This document shows positions 20,175 to 28,677 of a stretch of DNA of 57,871 nt, in pieces. This DNA comes from a virus. Below the pieces are notes generated by a model, which saw only the letters and a list, made by a program, of their open reading frames with translations, had not been told where the DNA came from and searched no databases. Each line of letters opens with the position of its first letter. The first letter of the stretch is position 1. The position numbers and the translations under genes are program-made. The stretch lies in IMG/VR virus record IMGVR_UViG_3300009111_000006. One strand, 5' to 3'.

Positions 20175-20590
20175 AACACAACTCCAAAACCAGCAAGCCG
20201 CTTCGCTTCGCCAATTTCATCCACGTGCGCACCGTCCAATTTCTCGATTTCCTGTTCGCATGTTTCGCGGACAAACTTTCGAGCTTCGTGCCGCCAGAAG
20301 TCGTTATCCGAGACACGAATGATTTTATTGGAGCCAACTCGACTGAATGTTATCTTCCCGGACGTGTCGCAGGCGAGGTAGTATCCATTGGTTTGGTACA
20401 AAACTTCGCCATTCACGACGTCCCACTTGCGATATGCGACATCGAGGCTGGCGCTGGATACGATCTTCCTGGCGTAATCAACCGGGGAAAGTTCAACGAT
20501 AATTAGGTCAAGTCCACCACGCATCATAAAACCACCATTGTGGTGCCTTGGGTCAACTTCTTCTTGTTGCGAAATAATTAGTTTTGGCAT
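20171..20590 (-). CDS. Hypothetical protein (139 aa)
   Basis: ATG at 20590 preceded by TAGGTGA. Confidence 0.5.
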   Translation of the reverse strand: MPKLIISQQEEVDPRHHNGGFMMRGGLDLIIVELSPVDYARKIVSSASLDVAYRKWDVVNGEVLYQTNGYYLACDTSGKITFSRVGSNKIIRVSDNDFWRHEARKFVRETCEQEIEKLDGAHVDEIGEAKRLAGFGVVL

Positions 20591-20609
20591 AATTTTCACC
20601 TATAGAAAT

Positions 20610-20652
20610 AGTATAGCCCCCGGCAATGCCAGGGGCAAGTGACTTTTGTCAT
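20610..20652 (-). promoter_or_regulatory. Promoter (-35 TTGCCC, 17-nt spacer, -10 TATACT) with the RTGAC-N4-GTCAY box abutting the -35
   Basis: Box at 20639..20652, -35 at 20633..20638, -10 at 20610..20615 (read on the - strand). Confidence 0.55.
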
Positions 20653-20666
20653 GTGATGCGCATGAT

Positions 20667-21212
20667 CTATGTCAATATTCCTTCAACAAAGTCTCCTTCT
20701 GGAGGAGGAAGTATATTTTTCATAGCAGAGCTCTCTCCCCACATCTGGCTAACGGTTTTATCTCCATCGGCCAGCATCCACGGCATGAGTGCAGAGTATC
20801 CTGGAGAAAGTTGTTGTAAAAACCATGTTCCATCCAGAGCAACTCGCAGCATAAATAACGCCATTCTCATCGACTTTTCGCGACGAGAGTCGTAAGAACG
20901 AGAAGTTCTCAGATCGTTTTTTACCGGAAGCGCAGCAATGTCTATTCTCCCCGGTATAACAGAGCCGCCAGGAGATTGGATAACATAGGATAACTGAAAT
21001 CCATCTCTCTTTCCAGAAGCTGACATAAACTGCCCTTTCCGAAATCCCGTAACAAGCCCTCCCAGTCTTCCGATGGATGAAAAAACTTCTGACTTCAGGG
21101 TCTCCAGCGACTTTGTCGTGGACTGTCCTTGCCACCCAGCATCACTTGTAACATCGTCAAAAAACGGAACATTATCTGGAGACGAGTGGTTGTTTTCTGG
21201 GACAAAATTCAT
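20667..21212 (-). CDS. Hypothetical protein (181 aa)
   Basis: AGGAGG RBS. Confidence 0.55.
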   Translation of the reverse strand: MNFVPENNHSSPDNVPFFDDVTSDAGWQGQSTTKSLETLKSEVFSSIGRLGGLVTGFRKGQFMSASGKRDGFQLSYVIQSPGGSVIPGRIDIAALPVKNDLRTSRSYDSRREKSMRMALFMLRVALDGTWFLQQLSPGYSALMPWMLADGDKTVSQMWGESSAMKNILPPPEGDFVEGILT

Positions 21213-21213
21213 G

Positions 21214-21342
21214 TCATTCCTCCTGGCAGAAGCGATAAATCAGCTTGTATCGGGCTGAACATCGCCTCGAGATAATGGCTGAGACGATGACACTCAGGAT
21301 GAACACGAGAGCAAACTGCTTTTTAGAAGGGATGATCTTCAT
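21214..21342 (-). CDS. Small single-pass membrane protein (42 aa)
   Basis: AGGAGG RBS before MKIIPSKK, followed by a hydrophobic helix FALVFILSVIVSAII. Confidence 0.4.
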   Translation of the reverse strand: MKIIPSKKQFALVFILSVIVSAIISRRCSARYKLIYRFCQEE

Positions 21343-21646
21343 CGAAATCCTCCTGCTCTTGCAGAGTAAGTTCTTGGACAGGGGCAGTGAGCGAAACAAT
21401 CATAGGAGAAGGAAGAGATTGTGCAACTCTTCGCGCAATCTCTTCGTCAACCGGGACAATACTATAAACAGCCTTTGGGCTGAAAAAGCGCGTATGCGCT
21501 GGTGCTCCACTCGTCTCGGGAATATCAAGGCGCACAAATCCGGCACCGGCAACAACCTGTTCGCTTACTTTCCCGGCGACACGCGTATGCCCGAACAAAT
21601 CCACGACTGCCCAAATTTCGAAGGGTGCCTGTTCTTCTTCGCTCAT
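21323..21646 (-). CDS. Hypothetical protein (107 aa)
   Basis: ATGA coupling. Confidence 0.5.
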   Translation of the reverse strand: MSEEEQAPFEIWAVVDLFGHTRVAGKVSEQVVAGAGFVRLDIPETSGAPAHTRFFSPKAVYSIVPVDEEIARRVAQSLPSPMIVSLTAPVQELTLQEQEDFDEDHPF

Positions 21647-22188
21647 GCCACATCTCCAATCACAGAAAACAGTTCCTGGACGCGCTTACGTAATGGATCC
21701 GGAAGGTCTGGACAACTCCCCAACGCAAGCAGGCTCTTTGCGGCACGCTGGGCATAATATGTCCACGGGCGTTCTTTGCCGTAGCGAGAGCGAACGTGCT
21801 CGTCCACATCGCGACTTGATAAACTACCACGCGCCTGCACCACGTCCATCAGGATGGAAAAGACTTCGTGCATCTCTAGGTCATAGCGGGTCATGGCTTC
21901 GTAAAGAGAACGGAAGTGGGAAAGGTACACCATTGGCCACTTCCTGCACTTGCGGACGTTGACGTGGAACTCTGGTTCTTTGCGCAGCAGATCATAGAGC
22001 ATATAGGCGTGCGCCAGGTCTTCGACTGCATCCGGGCTGATACCCATCGTGCGAGCCAGCGCCAGCGTTCCATCGCGCTTATATTGACCAACTACCTTGC
22101 TTGCCCAATACGCAGCCACCCAGCGGCTATTGTCCCCTGCGCGATAGGCTTTACTGGCATAAGCGGAGATTTTATCGAGATCAGTCAT
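21643..22188 (-). CDS. Hypothetical protein (181 aa, start at MTDLDKI)
   Basis: GGAGTGAG RBS. The start lies just after the upstream stop. Confidence 0.5.
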   Translation of the reverse strand: MTDLDKISAYASKAYRAGDNSRWVAAYWASKVVGQYKRDGTLALARTMGISPDAVEDLAHAYMLYDLLRKEPEFHVNVRKCRKWPMVYLSHFRSLYEAMTRYDLEMHEVFSILMDVVQARGSLSSRDVDEHVRSRYGKERPWTYYAQRAAKSLLALGSCPDLPDPLRKRVQELFSVIGDVA

Positions 22189-22189
22189 G

Positions 22190-22459
22190 TCACTCACTCC
22201 GATGCTCGACGCGCATTCGGCACTGATGGTCGGCCATATTGGACGGACCCGGTTTCTCGCTGCGCCGTTCATCGTAGGACGGCTGATTGGTGTAGGAAGG
22301 ATCGTGATGATGATCTGCTACAACGCGAGCACTCCCAATTCGCTCTCCAGATGATGACGAGAACAGAGAAAAAGCCATACCGATCTTTGCAAGTATGCCT
22401 GTTCGAACATTGAATTCATCGCCAACTTTCACATTATCAGGAACCGTTACTTTTGTCAT
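22190..22459 (-). CDS. Hypothetical protein (89 aa, start at MTKVTVPD)
   Basis: GGAGG RBS. Confidence 0.5.
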   Translation of the reverse strand: MTKVTVPDNVKVGDEFNVRTGILAKIGMAFSLFSSSSGERIGSARVVADHHHDPSYTNQPSYDERRSEKPGPSNMADHQCRMRVEHRSE

Positions 22460-22475
22460 AAGAGCCTCCATAAAA

Positions 22476-22519
22476 ATATTACTCCCGACACAGATCGGGA
22501 GTAAAGTGACGAATGTCAC
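22476..22519 (-). promoter_or_regulatory. RTGAC-N4-GTCAY box, then a CTCCCGA/TCGGGAG hairpin, then a TAATAT -10
   Basis: Box at 22506..22519, hairpin at 22482..22501, -10 at 22476..22481. Confidence 0.5.
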
Positions 22520-22522
22520 CTT

Positions 22523-22867
22523 TTAGTCATACATCTTTTTTAGCTGCACATCACCGTGCTTGTGCCACTTGCTGTGATGAAACTGGCACAGAACGGTGAC
22601 TTCGTTCAGACTTTCGCTTCCGAGGTGCTCATAACTCAGATGATGAACATTCAGCCGATTGCGGCTGTGGCATCCCTTGGCCTGGCATTCCCAACCGTTG
22701 GCTGCAAGAGCGGTTTGCCTGAAGTGTTGCCAGTGTCCTGATTTGAGATAAGAATGCCGATACCAAATGCGCCAGAACATGCGCTTTATCTCGCGCCGAA
22801 ACAGGACGTAAGCTAACAGCACAAAGATAAAGACGAACAAGACCAGGCTAAAGTTAGAAGTCTCCAT
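22523..22867 (-). CDS. HNH endonuclease with an N-terminal transmembrane helix
   Basis: LNVHHLSYEHLG...LCQFHHSKWH. N-terminal FSLVLFVFIFVLLAYVLF. Confidence 0.75.
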   Translation of the reverse strand: METSNFSLVLFVFIFVLLAYVLFRREIKRMFWRIWYRHSYLKSGHWQHFRQTALAANGWECQAKGCHSRNRLNVHHLSYEHLGSESLNEVTVLCQFHHSKWHKHGDVQLKKMYD

Positions 22868-23258
22868 CTTTCACCTCCACAATCGAAATATTATGAACCG
22901 CCTTCATCAGCTTTACGCGGATGACATAGTCCCTGGTTCTGCGGCCTTTGACATCTTCGACGATCTCTCGTGATGTCCTATAATCCCAATACTGGAAGTC
23001 GGCAGTGTACTTTCCTATTCTTTCGCCATTGACCGTTATGCTCCAGGATGGATGGATAACGAGATCGCGGATTTCTCCGGCCTGTTCAAGTACCTTCAAA
23101 TATCTGTATCTGCGTCCCTCGACAAGGCTGTCGAATTTTATCCCATCGATGGTGACTTTCTTGGCATTGTACTTGTTTTTTCCTTTGCCCTTGACCATTG
23201 CTTCGTACTCTTCCTTGGTCACGTACTCGACATAGTCGTCTTTTCCAGTTACTGGCAT
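22854..23258 (-). CDS. DUF1064-family nuclease (Holliday-junction-resolvase-like)
   Basis: KYNAKKVTIDGIKFDSLVEGRRY...YTADFQY...EDVKG pattern. Confidence 0.7.
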   Translation of the reverse strand: MPVTGKDDYVEYVTKEEYEAMVKGKGKNKYNAKKVTIDGIKFDSLVEGRRYRYLKVLEQAGEIRDLVIHPSWSITVNGERIGKYTADFQYWDYRTSREIVEDVKGRRTRDYVIRVKLMKAVHNISIVEVKDGDF

Positions 23259-23259
23259 T

Positions 23260-23655
23260 TTATTTGCACTCCCCAACGTACTTAATGTTTACGTAGCCAG
23301 TAACACCCTCGGATGGTACCCAGACCTCGACAAAGCCATCGTAGCCATGCGGAGAGTAGAAAATCTGGACTGGCGTTCCGCGCAGCAGGGCATTTGGAAT
23401 AACTGTTGGCGAAGACTCCCATGGCTTACTGCGCAACCATAAAGCCTGATCTGCGGCAACACAACGCGTGAAAGCATTCGCCAACACTACTTCGTCTATA
23501 TCGTCACTGACCGCCAACACTTTCGCAACATTTTTTTCAATCCCCAGTGTTGGCATCGAGTGAATGTCAACACTGGGGACAGAACGAGATGGTTGTGTTG
23601 GCAGAGAACAACCTGCCAACACAACAAAGATAATCACTACCAACACTTTATTCAT
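23260..23655 (-). CDS. Lipoprotein with an SH3b-like domain
   Basis: Signal peptide with lipobox VLAGC. C-terminal LRSKPW...GTPVQIF...GFVEVW...GYV. Confidence 0.65.
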   Translation of the reverse strand: MNKVLVVIIFVVLAGCSLPTQPSRSVPSVDIHSMPTLGIEKNVAKVLAVSDDIDEVVLANAFTRCVAADQALWLRSKPWESSPTVIPNALLRGTPVQIFYSPHGYDGFVEVWVPSEGVTGYVNIKYVGECK

Positions 23656-24210
23656 GCTTCAACTCCATGCCAACAGTCCACTTCTCCAGCGGCAACACAA
23701 TCCGAAGGCACTGGCCGTCCTTCGTTTTCGTTCGCCAACACATTCCAGCCGCTTCCAGGTTCTCCACGGTTGTCCGTAGAATTTGTGCCAACAGTTCCAT
23801 TTCTGGATTGCTTGCGTTTGACATACTCTGCAATTGTGTTGGCGTAGAGTCCGTAGCTGGCGGTGTGCTTTCCGCGTTTTCCGCTGATAGTAAGGATGGT
23901 GCTACGTTTAGGGTCAACACTGGTGGATTTGCGGATAACGATGGCGGGATACTTGCGGTCGCATCCTTGAACCTGGATTGTGGTAGCTGGTCGTTCCGTT
24001 GGCGTGATAAGGATTTCATCGCTTTCAACCTTTCTGTTGGCAAAAGTGTTGGCAGTCCCCGCCACCCCTACTGTTGGCGGGGGTTGGTAGGGTCCGTGAA
24101 TTCGGTCTGCTTTTCCTGCCGCTCGTGCCCGTTTGGGGAAAACTGTTGGCGCGAAGCATCCTGATTATAGGCTTGCAACTGTTGGCGTGGCAACTGTTGG
24201 CGAGACTGTT
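23480..24210. repeat. Array of at least 15 exact TGTTGGC/GCCAACA boxes (consensus A-S-TGTTGGC) plus variants
   Basis: GCCAACA at 23480, 23513, 23615, 23669, 23734, 23787. TGTTGGC at 23548, 23596, 23837, 24035, 24047, 24072, 24144, 24180, 24195. Confidence 0.9.
23652..24065 (-). CDS. Hypothetical ORF, with the reading frame unresolved against the overlapping 23648..24043 ORF
   Basis: Two long ORFs in different frames both end at the lipoprotein start. The N-half of this one and the C-half of the other look protein-like. Confidence 0.3.
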   Translation of the reverse strand: MAGTANTFANRKVESDEILITPTERPATTIQVQGCDRKYPAIVIRKSTSVDPKRSTILTISGKRGKHTASYGLYANTIAEYVKRKQSRNGTVGTNSTDNRGEPGSGWNVLANENEGRPVPSDCVAAGEVDCWHGVEA

Positions 24211-24889
24211 GCAGGACATCTGGGATACCGTCCCCGTCTTCGTCAATACCAAGTTGGCGCAACACTTCCATCAGGGCAGCAGGAGAACCGTGCCGACTTT
24301 CGATTTCTTTGCGGCGGTTGACCGATTGTTGCGTGAGAGTCAGGATGAAATCGCCTGCCTTGATCTGTTCGCCCTGGAACTTAGCACGCGCCATGGCCTG
24401 GGCGGTTTGCTGTTGTGCGCGAATACCATCGTCAATGTAGAAATAAATCACAGCCATGATCGCGTGAATACTGGCGATCAGAACAAGCGTGATGACTGTA
24501 GCGATTTCGGCTGTTTGCACGCCAACACTTTCGACGCCCATCATGTTGATTACACCAGCCGCTACGCCAACACCTACGATGGAAAACAGGGCGATCACTG
24601 CGCCAGTCACAGCAATTTTCTTCTGCAATTCGCTGGCGTATGGGCGCACGAACAGGAATTCGTGCAGCAGGAGCGGTCCAAAGCCTGCCAGGAATGCCAG
24701 GATGCCGTACAGGGAAAAACCAGTCATCCACCAAACGGTGACACCAGAGATGATGTCCAGGAGGCAGAAGACGGCATTCGCGAATACGATGGCAGCATAG
24801 AGTGCCCAGTTGCTGGGTTCTTTCTTCTTGCGTTCAGGTGCCTTGACTGCATTGAGAAGTTCGTCGCGTTGGGTAAGTGGATTGCTCAT
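24068..24889 (-). CDS. Polytopic membrane protein (273 aa) with a Gln-rich tail
   Basis: At least four hydrophobic helices. AAAGGAAAA RBS. Confidence 0.6.
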   Translation of the reverse strand: MSNPLTQRDELLNAVKAPERKKKEPSNWALYAAIVFANAVFCLLDIISGVTVWWMTGFSLYGILAFLAGFGPLLLHEFLFVRPYASELQKKIAVTGAVIALFSIVGVGVAAGVINMMGVESVGVQTAEIATVITLVLIASIHAIMAVIYFYIDDGIRAQQQTAQAMARAKFQGEQIKAGDFILTLTQQSVNRRKEIESRHGSPAALMEVLRQLGIDEDGDGIPDVLQQSRQQLPRQQLQAYNQDASRQQFSPNGHERQEKQTEFTDPTNPRQQ

Positions 24890-24901
24890 ATTGTTTTCCT
24901 T

Positions 24902-25099
24902 TCACTCATAGTTTTCAGGTTGGAAACATTCTTCGATTGGTTCAAGTTCAATGTCCGTATGGACGTTGCCATTGTGGTATGGAACTGCACGCACGTAAGG
25001 CGGAGATCGCGGAGTGAAATCCATCTCCGACATGATAAGTGCCAGGATGGGTAACTCAATATAAAACAAGAGAACAAGAACCTCGTAGATTTCAGGCAT
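24902..25099 (-). CDS. Small membrane protein (65 aa)
   Basis: Start overlaps the upstream stop (ATGCCTGA). Helix VLVLLFYIELPILALI. Confidence 0.45.
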   Translation of the reverse strand: MPEIYEVLVLLFYIELPILALIMSEMDFTPRSPPYVRAVPYHNGNVHTDIELEPIEECFQPENYE

Positions 25100-25490
25100 A
25101 ACGGTCACTGGTTCCACATTGCGGCAGGCTATCGTAATCGTCCTGACTCCATGCTGATGCTGCGCTCGCGGCATCCTGGCCGAATTCGCTAAGAACTGCG
25201 CATTGATACGCAGAGTCTGGGTGTATCTCGGTCAGTGGATTATCAATTCCAGCTTGCCCGCAGTGAGGGGCAGCGTGCCGGTTCGGAGTCCATTCTTTTC
25301 CGGGAGCGGCATTCTGAACATGATAAATCTTTGTGGGATTTTGCCCACGGTTGAGACCACCAAGCACAACAACATGATCGATATGCTCTCCGCTGCGCAC
25401 CTGTTCTTGAATGCGCTCCATCTCGTGAACGCCATTCAGATCATGAATGACAGATGTAATTGCTTCGCTGATGGCAAAGAGAATGTTCAT
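25092..25490 (-). CDS. Hypothetical protein (132 aa, start at MNILFAIS)
   Basis: ATGA coupling to the 49-aa ORF upstream. Confidence 0.5.
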   Translation of the reverse strand: MNILFAISEAITSVIHDLNGVHEMERIQEQVRSGEHIDHVVVLGGLNRGQNPTKIYHVQNAAPGKEWTPNRHAAPHCGQAGIDNPLTEIHPDSAYQCAVLSEFGQDAASAASAWSQDDYDSLPQCGTSDRYA

Positions 25491-25636
25491 GGAATGTCCT
25501 TCAGGAACTGCGACAGAAACGCAAAAAGTGCAACAAGAACAAGTACACATCCAGAGATAACCGCGAACACGCTGCATGGAGGTGCGACTTCGGATTGTTC
25601 AGGGAGATTGCTGTATTCTTTTTCTTCGTCGTCCAT
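25487..25636 (-). CDS. Small membrane protein (49 aa). Below the ORF-track cutoff.
   Basis: My translation is MDDEEKEYSNLPEQSEVAPPCSVFAVISGCVLVLVALFAFLSQFLKDIP. AAGGAA RBS, with a promoter upstream. Confidence 0.4.
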   Translation of the reverse strand: MDDEEKEYSNLPEQSEVAPPCSVFAVISGCVLVLVALFAFLSQFLKDIP

Positions 25637-25658
25637 AAGCCATTCCTTTCGTAAGTTT

Positions 25659-25701
25659 AGTATAGCCAGCGCGTCACATAAAAATAAGTGACGAATGTCA
25701 T
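25659..25701 (-). promoter_or_regulatory. RTGAC-N4-GTCAY box followed 22 nt later by a TATACT -10
   Basis: The box at 25688..25701 overlaps the methyltransferase stop codon. The -10 is at 25659..25664. Confidence 0.5.
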
Positions 25702-27194
25702 GTTTCTACCAGGTCCGCAAACATTGGGAGCGATTTTAGGGCGTTCTTGGGTGTTTTCTTCTGTGCTCTCAGGATTGCCTGCTCTGTGATGTACTCGAAA
25801 GAGATGTCTGTGCCTGCATATCGCAATCCAAGTTCTCGCGCCACCTGCCCGGTTGTGCCTGAGCCGAAGAATGGATCATAGACAATTCCGGGAATAGGTT
25901 CGTGCTCGGGACACTTGCAGGTCTGGCGGTAGCCGATTACTTTTGATGGGAAAGTGGTGTTATCGTGATCGAGTCCAGCTTCTCTCCCTGCCTTGACGCC
26001 CATCTGCAATCTTTTGTGAGAAGATTGCGGGTCTTGATCTTTATGCTTGCCATCATAAGTATCTTTTCTGTCGATGCTTTTCTTTACCACAACCGGTGCC
26101 CATGCTTGTCCGCAGTGTGGGCAGCACCGGGATGGGGTTGTGGCGCGAATGAGCGGAGAAATCAGATCGGGCGGGAATACTGCATAATGAGCACCTTTCC
26201 AGGGTGCCGGTGACGGCGACATGACGGTGCGAGGATTGCGCATTGACCATGATTGCCCTGCTACATCAGATGGCGTTCCCCATGCCTTGAGACGATTTTC
26301 GTGTACACTGTTTGAAAATCCGCCACCCGTAACTTCTTTCGCGCCTTCTTTCGCATCTTCGGCATTGGAGTAATACCCCATGCACTTGGTCAGCATAAAA
26401 ACGTACTCATGCGAACGAGTGTGACGCCATGAGCCTTTGCGCATGACTGGTGCGCCGACTTCGCCGGTGCCGTTGCAAATTTCACAGTTTGGATCCGCCT
26501 GCGGTTCGGCAAAAGAACCATCAGGATCGTGGTCAGTTTGCGGATGGTCGCCGTAGGCTTCTTTCCGATACGCTTCGGAACCACGCTGATCTTGAACGCA
26601 CGCGCAACGCTTGGGTTGAAATCTCCAACCGTTGACGCTTTCGGGCATGGCAGATTTCTTTGCCCATACACAATCGTTGCGAACTACCCAGCCATCGGCC
26701 TGGGCAGCGAGCATAACGCGATGGGGAATGCCGATCAGGTTTCCGGGAACTAAACTTATCATAGATGTGCTTGGTCGCTCGTTTTCGCGATTATCATATC
26801 CGTGATTCTTGATGGATGAGCCGGATTTTATTTCTCGCTGATGACCATTGCCACGATTTTTTCCGCCATAATTTCCCCACGAACCGCTGTACGAATCACC
26901 TACATCCCACCACATTACTCCATCGTCTCGCAGGACGCGCCAGCACTCGCGCATGACAAGCAGGGTATGCCAAACATACATCTCGACGGTTGGTTCTGCG
27001 CCATAGCCACCAAGCCATGCAGAAACATCGACACAGGCGGGGACGCCAGTCATCGGGGAGTAAGTTCCACCAGGCCAGTCGTGTTCCTGTTTCCCGGAAT
27101 AAGCCCGAAGTCCGAAGTAGGGCGGCGACGTAACGATGGTGTGAAATGATTTCTCTGCGAACGGAATGTACAAGGATGTCGAATTTACGATCAT
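25698..27194 (-). CDS. DNA N6-adenine/N4-cytosine methyltransferase (beta-class) with an inserted zinc ribbon
   Basis: SPPYFGLRAY near the N-terminus, DPFFGSGTTG near the C-terminus, CEICNGTGE insert. The ORF is open to 27314; the start at 27194 is preferred on the GGAG RBS. Confidence 0.8.
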   Translation of the reverse strand: MIVNSTSLYIPFAEKSFHTIVTSPPYFGLRAYSGKQEHDWPGGTYSPMTGVPACVDVSAWLGGYGAEPTVEMYVWHTLLVMRECWRVLRDDGVMWWDVGDSYSGSWGNYGGKNRGNGHQREIKSGSSIKNHGYDNRENERPSTSMISLVPGNLIGIPHRVMLAAQADGWVVRNDCVWAKKSAMPESVNGWRFQPKRCACVQDQRGSEAYRKEAYGDHPQTDHDPDGSFAEPQADPNCEICNGTGEVGAPVMRKGSWRHTRSHEYVFMLTKCMGYYSNAEDAKEGAKEVTGGGFSNSVHENRLKAWGTPSDVAGQSWSMRNPRTVMSPSPAPWKGAHYAVFPPDLISPLIRATTPSRCCPHCGQAWAPVVVKKSIDRKDTYDGKHKDQDPQSSHKRLQMGVKAGREAGLDHDNTTFPSKVIGYRQTCKCPEHEPIPGIVYDPFFGSGTTGQVARELGLRYAGTDISFEYITEQAILRAQKKTPKNALKSLPMFADLVET

Positions 27195-27327
27195 ATTTTC
27201 TCCAGTGCCGTCCAGAATGGTCGATTTTGCCAAAAAACAGGGGGTTAGAGCGTTTTTTATGCCATACCCCATGCTCTTTCTACCGGATTTTTGATTTTTC
27301 AAATCCCGGGGCATTCTACGGGCAGTT

Positions 27328-28677
27328 TCAGGCGTTTGTGTCTATAGTCCTAAAAGATGCGTTCTCAAACTTCCCATAGGTTTGCCTGAACAGCAAGTCA
27401 AAACGTCCAGTGGGTCCATGGCGATACTTGGCGAGGTGGCAGTGCTTGATACCCGGATTGCCGCTGTCTGGGTTGATAAACAACACCCAATCTGCATCCT
27501 GTTCGATGTCGCCGGTTTCCTTCAGGTCTTTGAGAACCAGCTCGGAGTCCTGTCCGCGGGTGTCAATATCGCGGGAGACCTGGGCGGCTGTGATCACAGG
27601 CATATCGAGCTGCACGGCGATCTTCGAGATGTAGTTTGATGCAATCGCAACCTGACGCACGCGGCTTTCGGCTTTCGCTTCAAACTTCCCGATGTAATCA
27701 TTGAAAAGCATATCGCACTTGCCCTGTTGCTGCATCTGGGCGATACGGGAGTAGAGCGCGATCGGATTGCGTTCATCGATAATAGTCAATGGCCATGTAG
27801 AAATTTGTCCAATAGCATCATTTACGGCTGTATGTTCGTCGTCTGTCAAGGTACCATCCTGAATCTTCTCGGAGTTGATTTTGGTCAAGGCTGAAATCAG
27901 GCGGATGGTCAGGGCTTTTGCGGTCATCTCCATGGAGTTGAACACAATCGCTGGTCGGTTCAGGCGTGTTTCGATGTGTGTGATGGTGGTCAGCATCCAG
28001 GCGGTTTTTCCCTGACCAGGGCGACCAGCTACGATCCCGGATTGTCCAGTACGAAAGCCTTTCTTGAGCTTGTCGAAATCGATCAGTCCTGTCGAAAAAC
28101 CAGGAACGACACCATTGCGCATGACACCTTCGACATGGTCATAGGTCATGCTGGCGGCATCTCGGGCAGTAATCTCGCTTTTTTGTGAGTGGCTTGCGGC
28201 CACGTTTTGCAGACTGCCAACGCTGTCAGCGATAACTTTGCCGACTTCGGCACTCAGGTCAAAGGCACCCTGCGCAATACTATTGGCTGTTTTTATGAGT
28301 CCGCGGCGAACGCTGTACTCTTTGATCTTAGTAGCATACTGCTTGGCATTCTCGTAGGATGCACCAAGGCTGTCATTCACACAGCCGGTCAGGAAGTTAA
28401 AATCAATTCCATCTGCCATCCATGGGAGCGAATCGCCTGCCTCGTCCAGGATGGTGATGATGTCGGCCTGGACATCCTGTTCACTGAGTTTTGCAATCTT
28501 GTTCCAGATAAACCGGCATCGTTCGATGTAGAAATCTTCGGGGGTGACAATTTCCGAGGCGGCTCGGAACATCACAATCGATTGCAGGGCACAGCCAATC
28601 AGGGCACGTTCAAGCTGAGCGTTGTGCGGGATTGTGTTCAGGGTTGTTTCGGTGTCAAATTCTGGTTCAGGCAGCAT
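27328..28677 (-). CDS. dnaB: Replicative DNA helicase DnaB
   Basis: PHNAQLERALIGCAL N-terminal domain. Walker A GRPGQGKTAW. RecA-like C-terminus. The ORF is open to 28710. Confidence 0.9.
   Translation of the reverse strand: MLPEPEFDTETTLNTIPHNAQLERALIGCALQSIVMFRAASEIVTPEDFYIERCRFIWNKIAKLSEQDVQADIITILDEAGDSLPWMADGIDFNFLTGCVNDSLGASYENAKQYATKIKEYSVRRGLIKTANSIAQGAFDLSAEVGKVIADSVGSLQNVAASHSQKSEITARDAASMTYDHVEGVMRNGVVPGFSTGLIDFDKLKKGFRTGQSGIVAGRPGQGKTAWMLTTITHIETRLNRPAIVFNSMEMTAKALTIRLISALTKINSEKIQDGTLTDDEHTAVNDAIGQISTWPLTIIDERNPIALYSRIAQMQQQGKCDMLFNDYIGKFEAKAESRVRQVAIASNYISKIAVQLDMPVITAAQVSRDIDTRGQDSELVLKDLKETGDIEQDADWVLFINPDSGNPGIKHCHLAKYRHGPTGRFDLLFRQTYGKFENASFRTIDTNA

Noticed and set aside
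24074-25054. 326-aa ORF on the + strand
   Set aside because: It is antisense to a coupled series of - strand membrane-protein genes and has no recognisable features.
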